Assembly (NCBI GenBank): GCA_044222475.1
Contig: JBGANF010000011.1
Coordinates: 42,626-106,625 of the forward strand
Origin: Polyangiaceae bacterium
GTDB taxonomy: Bacteria > Myxococcota_A > Polyangia > Polyangiales > Polyangiaceae
Direction: 5' to 3'
Length of the DNA: 64,000 nt
The notes under the pieces are model-generated. The model was not told the DNA's origin. It worked only from the letters and a program-made list of their open reading frames with translations, and did not search any database. Below, piece by piece: positions 23,490-34,865 of this stretch (its first letter is position 1; each line of letters opens with the position of its first letter). The position numbers were made by a program, and so were the translations under genes.

Positions 23490-25067
23490 CTACATACACT
23501 CGCGCTTGTAGATCCGGTCCCCGTTCGGGCCGATGCGGTACGGCGGGTTGCAGTTCGGCGCCGCGCCCGTCGCCGTAGGCTTCACTGTCGCGGTCGCGGT
23601 GACCGTCGGCTTCACCGTCGCGGTCGCCGTCGGCTTCACCGTCGCGGCGCCGGTGGCCGTCGGCTTCGCCGTCGCGCTCGCAGCCACGGTGGCGGTCGGC
23701 TCCACGGTTGCGGTCGTGGTCGCCGTCGTGGTCGTGGTCGTGGTCGCAGTCGTCGTAGCCGTCGCGGTCGCGGTCGTGGTCGGGCCGCCGCTGGCTTGGC
23801 CGCCATGGCTGCCACTCGACCCGATCGTGATCCCGACGACGACCAGCAGGATCGCCGCCAGCCCGCCCAGCGCGACGTAGACGTAGACGCGCCGGCGTCG
23901 CTTGGAAGGGTCCGGCATCATCGAGTCGCTCGCTGCGACGGAGATGCTCGACACCTGCGACGACGTCTCGCCCCCCGGAGGCAGCTGCACACCGCTGATG
24001 GCCGACGTCGACGACTGCGGCGGCGGCGGCACCGCGCCGCCGTGCGCATCGTCGAGGCCCGACATGATCTGGGTGAGCGCGGGCTGCTCGCCGGTCACGC
24101 TCTCGATCTCGGCCACCTTCTCGGCGCGCGCGGAGAGCGCGTCGGCGGCGACGGTCTCGACCCACTCGCCGACGTCGCTCGCGAGCGCGGGGTGCACCGT
24201 GCGTTCGAGCGCGACGGCCATCTCCTTCGCGGTCGCGAAGCGCTTCGTCTTGTCGCGTTCGATGCCACGCATGACGAGCGCGTCGAGCGCCGGCGTGACC
24301 TCGGCGTTGTAGGTGCTCGGCGGATCGATCGTCCCGAAGAGCACCTGCTCGAGGACCGAACCTTCGTTGTCCCCTTTGAACATCTTGCGCAGCGTGAGCG
24401 CTTCCCAGAGGCACACCGCTGCCGCGTAGACGTCGGTCTGGCGATCGACCGGCTGGCCGCGGAGCTGCTCGGGCGACATGTACGGGAGCTTGCCTTTGAC
24501 GTTTCCTTCGCGCGTCGTGTGGAAGCGCCCGGCCGCCTTCGCGACGCCGAAGTCGAGCACCTTGGAGACGCCGTCGCGGTTCACGAGGATGTTCTGAGGA
24601 GAGATGTCGCGGTGGACGATGTTGAGCGCTTCGCCGCGCTCGGTCTTCGCTTCGTGAGCGGCGTGCAGCCCGTAGAGGGCGCCGGTGACCAACGCGACCG
24701 CGATCTTCGGCGGGATCATCTCGCCGCGGGACCGGGCGCCGCGGATCAGGCGGGAGAGCGTCTCGCCCTGGAGGTACTCCATGACGAGGAAGAGCTCCCC
24801 CTGGGTGGCGACGACGTCGAGCGTCGCGCAGACGTTGGGGTGCTGGATTCGTGCGGCGAGCCGGGCCTCGTCGAGGAACATCGAGACGAACTCGGGGTCC
24901 TTCGCGAACTGCGGGTGCAGCCGCTTGATCGCCACCGTGCGGGCGAAGCCGACCGGGCCCATCAAGCGTCCGAGATGGACCGTGGCCATGCCGCCAGATG
25001 CGAGCTCGCCATAGAGCGCATAGCGCCCGATCACACGGACCGGCGTTCCGGAGGCAGGCGTGGACAC
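23490..25067 (-). CDS. Membrane Ser/Thr protein kinase
   Basis: LASGGMATV, VAIKR, HRDISPQN, DFG and YMSPE; TM helix; Thr/Ala stalk; C-terminal CNPPY...YKREC. Start is GTG 25067 or ATG 25136. Confidence 0.95.
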   Translation of the reverse strand: MSTPASGTPVRVIGRYALYGELASGGMATVHLGRLMGPVGFARTVAIKRLHPQFAKDPEFVSMFLDEARLAARIQHPNVCATLDVVATQGELFLVMEYLQGETLSRLIRGARSRGEMIPPKIAVALVTGALYGLHAAHEAKTERGEALNIVHRDISPQNILVNRDGVSKVLDFGVAKAAGRFHTTREGNVKGKLPYMSPEQLRGQPVDRQTDVYAAAVCLWEALTLRKMFKGDNEGSVLEQVLFGTIDPPSTYNAEVTPALDALVMRGIERDKTKRFATAKEMAVALERTVHPALASDVGEWVETVAADALSARAEKVAEIESVTGEQPALTQIMSGLDDAHGGAVPPPPQSSTSAISGVQLPPGGETSSQVSSISVAASDSMMPDPSKRRRRVYVYVALGGLAAILLVVVGITIGSSGSHGGQASGGPTTTATATATTTATTTTTTTATTTATVEPTATVAASATAKPTATGAATVKPTATATVKPTVTATATVKPTATGAAPNCNPPYRIGPNGDRIYKRECM

Positions 25068-25202
25068 TCCCGAGAAGGGTATCAGATCGCCCTCTCGCGA
25101 GCCCACGATCCCGCAAAAAGTCCCCACGGCACGCATGTCCAGCGCGAGTCGCGGGAGCGCGAGCGAGGCTCCGAATCTGCGCTAAGCTGACGCTCCCAAG
25201 AC

Positions 25203-27002
<1,800 letters not shown>

Positions 27003-27005
27003 CGC

Positions 27006-28487
27006 TCAGCGTCGGCGTCGCAACAGCCGGCGCACGCCGAGGACGGTGAGCGCGAAGAGCGCGACCGCGCCCCCGGGCGACTGCATCGGCGCGCTCGAGC
27101 AGCCGCTCGTGCGCGTCGTCGTCGTCGAGGTGGTCGGGCTCTCGTCGTAGATGCTCGTGCGGTGGATGTTGTCGACCGCGCTCTGCGCGCCGGCCGAGAG
27201 GCGCAGATCCTGATTGAGCGCGCTCGAACGGAGGTTCGCGCGCAATCGGGTCACCCACACGTCGGTGGGTCGCATGCCGCGCGTCGCGACCGAGAGGTCG
27301 TCGAAGTTCTCGCAGCCCGAGGGGCGCCACTCCTCCGGAGGCGGAGGAGCTGCGTCGACGGTGGCGCCCGCGTCGATCGTGCCCGAGTCGTCCGCGTTCG
27401 CGTCCACGTCGCCGCCGTCGTCGGAGGCGGCGTCGGAGGCGGCGTCGGAGGCGGCGTCGGATGCATCGGCCCCTGCGTCGGTCACGGACGTGCACGGCTC
27501 CCCGTTCGGGTTGCCCTGCCCGCCGCCGCCGCCGCCCGTGCGCGTCGGTCCGCACAGACCGTAGTACGAGTCGAACAGCGTCGGATTCGGCCCGGTCGGG
27601 TAGCTCCACTCACCGATGCCGGGTTGTTTGGCGTACTCGGTGACCCACGCGCGATCGCCGCCTTGGCGCATCCCATCGGCGATGAGCTCCTGGTAGTTCG
27701 AGCGGTTCGTGGTGCGGTTCCAGGTCAGCTTGCCGTAGTCGATCGTGGCGTCCGGAAAGTTCTGTGGGTGGTAGCGCCCTTCACCGATCACGTAGAGCGT
27801 GAGCCCGACGAACGCGCCGACGCCCGCCGCGACCATGCGCAGCGGGAGCGTCGGATCGGCGCCCGGAGTGACGATGCGCACCGGCTTCATCGATCGGACG
27901 TTGCAGTCGGGGAGCAGACGAAGTGCGATGAAGTCGAAGCCCTCGTTCACGTAGCCGTCGACGACGGGCTCGACCGACGTCGGGATCGCGTAGCCGTGCG
28001 CCTGGAGCCAGCTGCGGAGCGCGCTCGGATCGGTCGAGCGGAGCGTCACCGTTTCGTACGGTCCGACGACGTCTTGTCGAAGGACTTGCACCGGGTCGCC
28101 GCCCGGCGACCCGGCGGAGTCGCTGCTCGACGAACCGCAGGCTCCGAGAGCGCAGCCCGAGCGGGTGTTTCGCGGCGAAGGGCCATAGATGACCGGCTGG
28201 GTCGTCGCATCGAGCGCGGCGAACCAGTCGTCGCGCGAGAGCTCGACGCGCGCGCCGTCGCGAACGGGCAGCACCCACGCGAACTCGCGCGGGTTGCCCG
28301 CGTAGCGGATCTGATCCCAGAGAACCGTCTGCGATCGGGAGATCGACAGCGCCATCCGATGATCGGTGACGACGGTCTGCTCGGTGGGGCGGGCGAAGCA
28401 CCCACCGCAGGCGGAGGCGACGTGAGGAACCGCGAAGACAGCAGCGACCGAAGCCGCCGCGAAGACGGCAAGCGAAGCGAAGCGCAT
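27006..28487 (-). CDS. DUF2330-family surface protein with MYXO-CTERM-like tail
   Basis: ACGGCF N-terminus; FAWVLPV; VGPYETVTL; PLRMVAAG; C-terminal SGC...hydrophobic...RRRR. Confidence 0.82.
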   Translation of the reverse strand: MRFASLAVFAAASVAAVFAVPHVASACGGCFARPTEQTVVTDHRMALSISRSQTVLWDQIRYAGNPREFAWVLPVRDGARVELSRDDWFAALDATTQPVIYGPSPRNTRSGCALGACGSSSSDSAGSPGGDPVQVLRQDVVGPYETVTLRSTDPSALRSWLQAHGYAIPTSVEPVVDGYVNEGFDFIALRLLPDCNVRSMKPVRIVTPGADPTLPLRMVAAGVGAFVGLTLYVIGEGRYHPQNFPDATIDYGKLTWNRTTNRSNYQELIADGMRQGGDRAWVTEYAKQPGIGEWSYPTGPNPTLFDSYYGLCGPTRTGGGGGGQGNPNGEPCTSVTDAGADASDAASDAASDAASDDGGDVDANADDSGTIDAGATVDAAPPPPEEWRPSGCENFDDLSVATRGMRPTDVWVTRLRANLRSSALNQDLRLSAGAQSAVDNIHRTSIYDESPTTSTTTTRTSGCSSAPMQSPGGAVALFALTVLGVRRLLRRRR

Positions 28488-28497
28488 GGAGTCACCT

Positions 28498-28589
28498 GAA
28501 AGGAAGAAGAAGAGAAGAAGAAAGAAGAGAACTTCGAAGCAAAGGAAGGAACAAGCGAGGAGAGCGATGACGCGACCTGCGCGTCATCG
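28498..28589. other. Polypurine tract next to a perfect 10-bp hairpin
   Basis: 34 consecutive purines at 28498-28531; hairpin CGATGACGCG-ACCTG-CGCGTCATCG at 28565-28589. Confidence 0.8.
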
Positions 28590-28612
28590 ACGAGTTCGTC
28601 GGGGCGCGACGC

Positions 28613-29098
28613 TCAGAAGCGTGCGCCGAGCGTGAGGTACGTGTGGGTCGTCGTATTTTCGATTCGGATTCGGCGCGGCGCGGCCGTGATCTGCGCCGAG
28701 TAGGCGGTGAAGGATCCGTCTGCGTCGGCGAGGACGACGACGATCCCCTGCGGGTCGACGCGAAGCTGCACGCTGCGCTGGTACGCCTTGCCGCTGCCTC
28801 GAACGAGTGCGGTCCCCGATCCTGGGACGAGGAAGTAGGCGAACTTCCCGTCGAACTCGACGCCGGCGACGTCACTCGGGATGTCGGTGAGGGTGCTGGC
28901 GCAGCGATCCCAGACGCCCGCGAGGTCGACGTAGGCGTCTTCGGCCGCGGCGTACTTCTGAGCCGCGCCTTCGGGGCCGTTGCACTCGGCGTTGATGGCG
29001 GGAGGCGGCGCCGTGGCGTCGGTGTTCACGGCACAACCGACGGCGCCCGGCAGGGCAAGGAAGGGAAGAAGGAGGAGCGAGGAGAGAATTCGGGGCAT
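28613..29098 (-). CDS. Hypothetical lipoprotein
   Basis: Signal peptide and lipobox MPRILSSLLLLPFLALPGAVGC. Confidence 0.7.
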   Translation of the reverse strand: MPRILSSLLLLPFLALPGAVGCAVNTDATAPPPAINAECNGPEGAAQKYAAAEDAYVDLAGVWDRCASTLTDIPSDVAGVEFDGKFAYFLVPGSGTALVRGSGKAYQRSVQLRVDPQGIVVVLADADGSFTAYSAQITAAPRRIRIENTTTHTYLTLGARF

Positions 29099-29259
29099 GG
29101 TGGGGGGCGGGATCCTCGCGGCTCGGCATGACAGGCATGTCATGTCGGGAGCCGAGGGAGAGGGACGATCAGGTAGTCATTTCAACTAGATGCGGACCAG
29201 CGGGCTCCGCGTGCCCTTGGGTAGTGCACGCAGCATGCCGGGGTCGACGACCCGAAATG

Positions 29260-29290
29260 AAAAAAGGAACGAGGAGAACCTCGTTCCTTT
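29260..29290 (-). terminator. Intrinsic terminator of the sigma factor gene
   Basis: Perfect 12-bp stem AAAGGAACGAGG-AGAA-CCTCGTTCCTTT ending in a U6 run on the minus strand, about 30 nt after the sigma stop codon. Confidence 0.85.
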
Positions 29291-29317
29291 CTTCACCGTC
29301 ACCGAGCAGCGTCGTCG

Positions 29318-30769
29318 CTAGTCGCGCATGTGCTTTCGGATCTTGCCGAGAGCCTGCTCCTGAAGCTGACGAATGCGCTCGCGCGACAGGTTGTACTTGT
29401 CGCCGATCTCCTTGAGCGTGAGCTCGTCCTCGTCGTCGAGGCCGAAGCGCCAGCGGATGATGCGCGACTCGATCGGGGTGAGCGTTCCGAGCAGGCGACG
29501 CACTTCCTCGCCCCACTTCTGGGACACGAGGCTCTCGTACGGCGAGAGAGCGTTGTCGTCCTGGAGGAAGTCGATGAACTTCCGCCCGTCCTCGTCACCG
29601 ACGGGACGATCGAGCGAGAACGGCGTCTCGGCCCACGAGCCCTTGACCTTGTCGAGCTTGTCTTGCGGGATGCCCGTCTCTTGCTCGAGCTCGGCGAGGC
29701 TCGGCTCGCGACCGGTGCGCGCGATCACCGACGCGGTGGCGCGAGCGACGCGGTTGTGCGTGTCGAGCATGTGGACCGGGATGCGGACCGCGCGTCCCTT
29801 GTCGGCAAGGGCGCGGCTGATCGCGTGGCGAATCCACCACGAGGCGTACGTCGAGAAGCGGTAGCCGCGCGAGTGGTCGAAGCGCTCGACCGCCTTCATC
29901 AGGCCGATGTTGCCTTCCTGAATCAGGTCGATGAGGGGCAAGCGACCGCGGTTGTAGCGACGCGCGATCGAGACGACGAGGCGGAGGTTCGCCTTCACGA
30001 ACCGGTTCTTCACCCGGCGCGAGTTCTCGGCGCAGAGCGCGATTCGGTCGAGGTATTTGCGGTATTCGCGCGTGAGGTTCAGCTTGGGCTCGAGGTGCCG
30101 CGAGAGCTGGACGTCGCTGTCGGGCGGTCCGTCGTCGAGGTCGGGGACTTCGACGAGACCCTTGGCCGTCTGCTCCGCGTGCAGGATCCAGAGGCGATCG
30201 CTGTCGGCGAGACGAATCGCGCGCGCGAGGGACTCGCAGGTGCGCTCCCAGCGGCGCTCTTGGTCGCGGCTCCACTTGCTCCGGCCCTTGCGCTTGAGCA
30301 TGCGACGAAGCTCCGCGATCTGCGGCAGCGTGAGCGCCTCTTCGCCGGTCGGGAGATCCTTCTCGAGCTGGTCGAGGATGTAGCCCGCGGCGGCCGGGTG
30401 CACGAGCGTCGAGATCCAGTGGGCGACTTCGGCCCGCTCGACGTCGATCGCCGTCTCGAGCTCTTGCTCTTGCCCCATCACGTGGTGGGTCGCCATCTCG
30501 CGGAAGTAGCGGGCGAGCATCGAGTCGCCGCCGCTCTCCTCGACCTCGCGGTCGCGGATGGGAGCGAGCTCCTTCTTCTCGGTGGCGGCTGCGAGCTCCG
30601 CCGGTGCTTCGTTCAGATCGAACTCGGGCTCGTCGGGCTCCACGATGGGCTCGGCGGCTTCGGTCGGGGCCACGCTGGCGGGGCTTGCTTCGGATACCTG
30701 CGCCGAGTCGTCCTCGCCCTCGTCGAGAGGAGTTGCGACGGCCGCTGCGCGGTGTGCGGTGTTCTTCAT
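29318..30769 (-). CDS. RNA polymerase sigma-70 factor, RpoD/SigA family (probably non-primary, group 2-like)
   Basis: Region 1.2 (LARYFREM), region 2 (ANLRLVVSIARRY...DLIQEGNIGLMKAVERFD...FSTYASWWIR), RIPVHM and region 4 (LTLKEIG...SRERIRQ). GAAAGGGA RBS before ATG 30769. Confidence 0.93.
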   Translation of the reverse strand: MKNTAHRAAAVATPLDEGEDDSAQVSEASPASVAPTEAAEPIVEPDEPEFDLNEAPAELAAATEKKELAPIRDREVEESGGDSMLARYFREMATHHVMGQEQELETAIDVERAEVAHWISTLVHPAAAGYILDQLEKDLPTGEEALTLPQIAELRRMLKRKGRSKWSRDQERRWERTCESLARAIRLADSDRLWILHAEQTAKGLVEVPDLDDGPPDSDVQLSRHLEPKLNLTREYRKYLDRIALCAENSRRVKNRFVKANLRLVVSIARRYNRGRLPLIDLIQEGNIGLMKAVERFDHSRGYRFSTYASWWIRHAISRALADKGRAVRIPVHMLDTHNRVARATASVIARTGREPSLAELEQETGIPQDKLDKVKGSWAETPFSLDRPVGDEDGRKFIDFLQDDNALSPYESLVSQKWGEEVRRLLGTLTPIESRIIRWRFGLDDEDELTLKEIGDKYNLSRERIRQLQEQALGKIRKHMRD

Positions 30770-31198
30770 TCTCACGTCCCTTTCGATGCTTTCTCCGTCG
30801 ACCTCGGTGCGTCTCCCCTTCGTTCTTGCGTTGGCTGTTTCCTTCGCGGCATTCAGCAACGGTTTCGATTGGGTGCTGATTCCCGTCTTGGACCTGGCGG
30901 CGGCACCCGCGCGCGAGCGTTTGACAAGTTTCCTATTTGCGCTACGAACGGACGTGAAACCCTGCTCGCGTTTGACGCGGCGGGTGTGGGGAACAGGTTT
31001 TCCGGACCCCAGAGCTCGTGCCGCGTTGCTCATACCGCGCGGTGATGCAAATTTTGTTCCCCGAACCGCGCGAATGACGCGGGGGGCCTTCGGAGCGCGT
31101 CGGCTGGCGGTTCCTTTGCTCTGCATGGGGTGATGACCTGGGAATGTCCGGCTGGGATGTTTCTTCGTTAGGACTCATGTAAGGACGAAGTCGAATCC

Positions 31199-32908
31199 GT
31201 GCACGAGTTGGAACGAAAGATGGCGGGGCCGCCTTCCTTCTACGCGCGCGGAGCGCTGGAGGTTTTGCGCCGACCGAGCGAAGGAGGGCTGTTTTTGCTC
31301 TCGGCCGGGGCGTACGCGCTCGGACACGCAGCGATTGCGGTCGCGATCGCGGGTTGTGTCGAAGGGCTCGGGGGGCCTCGCGGGGCGACCCTCCTCGCCG
31401 CCAATCCGCTCGAATTCGCTCTTTTGGGGCTCGCGGCGGTGGTGTTGAAATCACTGGGAAACGTGCTTGGAACGACTGTCCAGGCGCGCATGGGTGGGGA
31501 GGTGGGTGCCGCATTGCGTGAGGGGGTGTTGGGAGCTCTGCTCAGCGAGATCTCAGTGGCGCAGGCGCGACATTCGGATCAGGGGGGTGCAACGAAGGAG
31601 GCAGAGGGTTGGGCCCGCCGGGTGACCGCGCTCACCGAGCACGTAGCGACGTGCGAGCGCGGGTTGGCTGACGGGCTGCTCGCCACGGCACGTGCCGTGC
31701 TGCAGATGATCCCGCTCGTCGCGCTGCTCGTCGCGCTCGCGCCGCGCCTCGCGCTCGTCGCAGTCATCGTGCTCGCGCCGCTCGGTTGGATCGTCGGTCG
31801 CGCCCGACGCGCGCTCCGCGCGAGCCTCGCGCGTGAGGCGGCGCGCAAGCAGTCGCTCCTCGGTGGCGCCGACGAAGCGGTCCGTCATGCAGAGCTGTTC
31901 CGCACGTTCGGTGCCGGCGCGAGCGTGCGCGCGCGCGTGCGTCGACTCGGTGAGGCTCTGACGCGGCAGTCGATGCGCGTCGCCGCGCTGGGGGCGGCGA
32001 TCAGCGGCGCGAACGAGATCGCCGGAGCGCTCGCCGTGTTGTTCGTGGTCATCGCGGTTCGGAGCGGTCTGCTCGGACCTTCGGCGTCGGCGTCGCTCCT
32101 GCCGTTCACGTTGACGTTCTTCATGGCGTACCGGCCGCTGCGCGATCTCGCCGAGGCGCGCATCGCGTCGGCGAAGGCCACCGTCGCGTTCGCGGAGATC
32201 GCTCCGCTGCTCCAGGTCTCGCCGGTGGCGTCCGTGGACTCGAGCCCATCCTTTCGGGCCGACGCTCTGGCTACGCTCGAGGTCAGGGGACTGCGGCTCC
32301 GTCACGGGAGCTTGGGCGTGCTCGACTTCGTGATCGCGCCTGGCGAGATCGTCGCGCTCGTCGCCCCGACCGGCGCGGGAAAGACGACGCTCTTCCGAAC
32401 GCTCCTAGGCCTCGAGCGACCGCGCGCTGGCGACATCCGCTGGCGCGGCGAGTCGATCACCGACGCCGGCGTGGGCCCGAGTCGGCCGTTCGCGTGGTGC
32501 CCGCAGGAGTCTCCGATCGTCGGCGACTCGATCGCGGCGAACGTGCTCCTCCGCGAGCGCGACGAGCCGGGCGCGTCGACGTCGGCGGCGCGCGAAGCGC
32601 TCGCTGCGATCGGCGCGGAGACGCTCGCGCGGGACGTCGGCGCGGTCGTCGGCGACGGTGGGCGCGCGCTGTCCGGCGGCGAGCGACAGTGGGTCGCCCT
32701 CGCGCGCGCGCTCGCGTCGAGCGCTCCGGTCCTCCTCCTCGACGAGCCGACGAGCGGGCTCGACCGCGTGGCCCAGCGGGACGTACTCGCGGCGATCGCG
32801 TTGCTTCGCGGGAAGCGGTCGATCCTCGTCGTGAGTCACCGCGAAGAGCCGCTGTCGATCGCCGACCGCGTGCTCCGCCCGGAGCGCATCACGCCGGTCG
32901 CTGCCTAG
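31199..32908 (+). CDS. ABC exporter with fused permease and ATPase
   Basis: Hydrophobic N-terminal half; Walker A APTGAGKTT; LSGGERQ; LLLDEPTSGLD; VSHR. Start is uncertain. Confidence 0.88.
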   Translation: MHELERKMAGPPSFYARGALEVLRRPSEGGLFLLSAGAYALGHAAIAVAIAGCVEGLGGPRGATLLAANPLEFALLGLAAVVLKSLGNVLGTTVQARMGGEVGAALREGVLGALLSEISVAQARHSDQGGATKEAEGWARRVTALTEHVATCERGLADGLLATARAVLQMIPLVALLVALAPRLALVAVIVLAPLGWIVGRARRALRASLAREAARKQSLLGGADEAVRHAELFRTFGAGASVRARVRRLGEALTRQSMRVAALGAAISGANEIAGALAVLFVVIAVRSGLLGPSASASLLPFTLTFFMAYRPLRDLAEARIASAKATVAFAEIAPLLQVSPVASVDSSPSFRADALATLEVRGLRLRHGSLGVLDFVIAPGEIVALVAPTGAGKTTLFRTLLGLERPRAGDIRWRGESITDAGVGPSRPFAWCPQESPIVGDSIAANVLLRERDEPGASTSAAREALAAIGAETLARDVGAVVGDGGRALSGGERQWVALARALASSAPVLLLDEPTSGLDRVAQRDVLAAIALLRGKRSILVVSHREEPLSIADRVLRPERITPVAA

Positions 32909-34484
32909 AGTCCTTCGCGGGGACCATGCTCATCGCGCGCTCGGCGAGGGCGGTGATCGTCAGCGACGGGTTCACCCCGGGGTTCGCCGACACCGCGCTG
33001 CCGTCGATCACGTACAGACCGTCGTAGCCGAACACCCGGTGCGCGTGGTCGATGACGCCGCGCGCGGAGTCTTCGCCCATGCACGCGCCGCCGAGGATGT
33101 GGGCCGTCGACGGTACGCCGAGGATCGTCTCGGTCGCCAACGTCGCCGCGACGCCGCCGACCTTCTCGGCGAAGCGGCGCGCGATGTCCCGAGCCTCGGG
33201 CATGTTCGCTTGCGGCGCGGGGTTGCCTTCGTCGAGCACGGTGTCGAGCCCGAGGGTGAACCCGGTGCGTGCGCTGCGCGCGAGGCGCACCCTCAGCGAC
33301 CCCTCGAGGGTGCGCATGTAGAGGAGCACTTGGCTCTGCTTGGCGAAGTCGCGCACGGCGTACGCCTTGGTCCAGGCGACGGGGCTCCCGAAGAAGCTCC
33401 GCGCCGCTCCGGCGAGCCGCGCGAGCGCGTTCTCCCCCGAGGTCTGCGGGAGGATCATCGTTCGGAAGAAGCCGGAGCCCTTGCCGTACCGAACCGGCTC
33501 GACGTGGCTGTGGTCGTCGGTGTGGAGGATCGACGTGATCGCCACGCCGCGCGAGAGGTCCTCGTCCCCGTTTGGTACGATGACGCCGCACAGCGCCTCG
33601 GAGTTGGTGCGGACGGCGTCGCCCACGCGCTCGGAGAGCCGGGGTAGTCCGTCGCGGTCAGCCTTCATCGCGAGCAAGAGGGGGAGGGTGCCCATCACGC
33701 CGCCCGCGAACACGACGCGGTCCGCGGTGAATCGCGACGCGTCGATCCGTTGGCCGAAGGAACCGCGGACGTCGATCGTGTACCCGCCTCCGTCGCGAGC
33801 CGCGACCGCGGTGACCTCGGTCTCTGCAAGGACCTGGACGCCGCGCTTCTCGGCGAGCCAGAGGTAGTTCTTGTCGAGCGTGTTCTTCGCTCCGACGCGG
33901 CAGCCGGTCATGCAGGCGCCGCAGAAGGTGCAACCTACACGTTCCGGACCTTCTCCTCCGAAGTAGGGGTCTCGTGCCTTCTCCCCCGGCTTGCCGAAGT
34001 AGACGGCGACGTTCGTCATCTCGAAGCGGTCCTCGCGGCCGAGGTCCTTGGCGATCTCGCGCAGGACGCGGTCGCCGCGGGTCTCGACCGGGTTCTGCGC
34101 GGCGCCGAGCATCCGCCGCGCGGTGGCGTAGTGCGGGCCGAGCTCGTCCTTCCAGCGGGCGAGGTCGGCCCACGATCGCGCCGCGAAGAAGTCGTCCTTC
34201 GGGATCGGAAGGGTGTTTGCGTAGACGAGCGACCCGCCGCCGACGCCGACGCCGTGGAGCACGGTGACGTGCTTCAGGAAGCTCATCTGGAAGATGCCCT
34301 TGAGCCCGGCGCGGGGCATCCACATCCAGCGCCGGAGATCCCAGTTGGTCTTCGGAAAATCGGACGGGGCGAAACGGCGCCCCTTCTCGATGACGAGGAC
34401 ACGGTAGCCCTTCTCTGCGAGGCGCAGCGCGCTCACGCTTCCGCCGAACCCGGACCCGATCACGATGACGTCGAAGTGGCTCAC
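32889..34484 (-). CDS. GMC-family FAD oxidoreductase, cholesterol oxidase-like
   Basis: VIGSGFGGSV, GVGGGSLVYAN, CTFCGACMTGC...AKNTLDKNYL, TAHILGG and GVNPSLTITALAERAM. GTG start at 34484. Confidence 0.92.
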   Translation of the reverse strand: MSHFDVIVIGSGFGGSVSALRLAEKGYRVLVIEKGRRFAPSDFPKTNWDLRRWMWMPRAGLKGIFQMSFLKHVTVLHGVGVGGGSLVYANTLPIPKDDFFAARSWADLARWKDELGPHYATARRMLGAAQNPVETRGDRVLREIAKDLGREDRFEMTNVAVYFGKPGEKARDPYFGGEGPERVGCTFCGACMTGCRVGAKNTLDKNYLWLAEKRGVQVLAETEVTAVAARDGGGYTIDVRGSFGQRIDASRFTADRVVFAGGVMGTLPLLLAMKADRDGLPRLSERVGDAVRTNSEALCGVIVPNGDEDLSRGVAITSILHTDDHSHVEPVRYGKGSGFFRTMILPQTSGENALARLAGAARSFFGSPVAWTKAYAVRDFAKQSQVLLYMRTLEGSLRVRLARSARTGFTLGLDTVLDEGNPAPQANMPEARDIARRFAEKVGGVAATLATETILGVPSTAHILGGACMGEDSARGVIDHAHRVFGYDGLYVIDGSAVSANPGVNPSLTITALAERAMSMVPAKDSRQRPA

Positions 34485-34535
34485 GCGGGGTACTTTACTT
34501 GGCCCTGAGCCGGCCCGCGAACGATGATCGCATCC

Positions 34536-34862
34536 ATGGAGCTCGCCGAACGCCGTCATCGCCGCAGCGAAAGGCCCAACGAGGCCCTTTCGCTGTTCTT
34601 CGACCACGCCCAGACCAAGCTCGGCGTACGAGCGCTCACCCTCGGGACTCGAGACGGGCGCCTCCTCGCTGGTGCTGGCGAGGACCTCGAAGAGATCGCC
34701 GAGCTCGGCGCCCTCGTCGACAAGGGGCACGTCGTCGCCCGTCGCGCGCTGCGGCTTGCGACGTGGCGCATGAAGGTCGGCGGACAGGACGTCGTCGTCA
34801 CGTCGTGGGGAGGGGCTCTCGGTCCCGACCTCGCGGACGCGGTGCGGCGCATCCTGAGCTAG
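34536..34862 (+). CDS. Small hypothetical protein, possibly Roadblock/GAF-like
   Basis: Fills the gap between neighbours. 'ALTLGTRDGRLLAGAG' resembles the Roadblock strand-DG-strand motif. Confidence 0.6.
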   Translation: MELAERRHRRSERPNEALSLFFDHAQTKLGVRALTLGTRDGRLLAGAGEDLEEIAELGALVDKGHVVARRALRLATWRMKVGGQDVVVTSWGGALGPDLADAVRRILS

Positions 34863-34865
34863 CCG

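Noticed and set aside
28494..28531. Resemblance to a eukaryotic polypyrimidine tract plus CAG splice acceptor on the minus strand
   Set aside because: The context is clearly bacterial (operons, RBS, sigma factors) and the flanking genes are complete.
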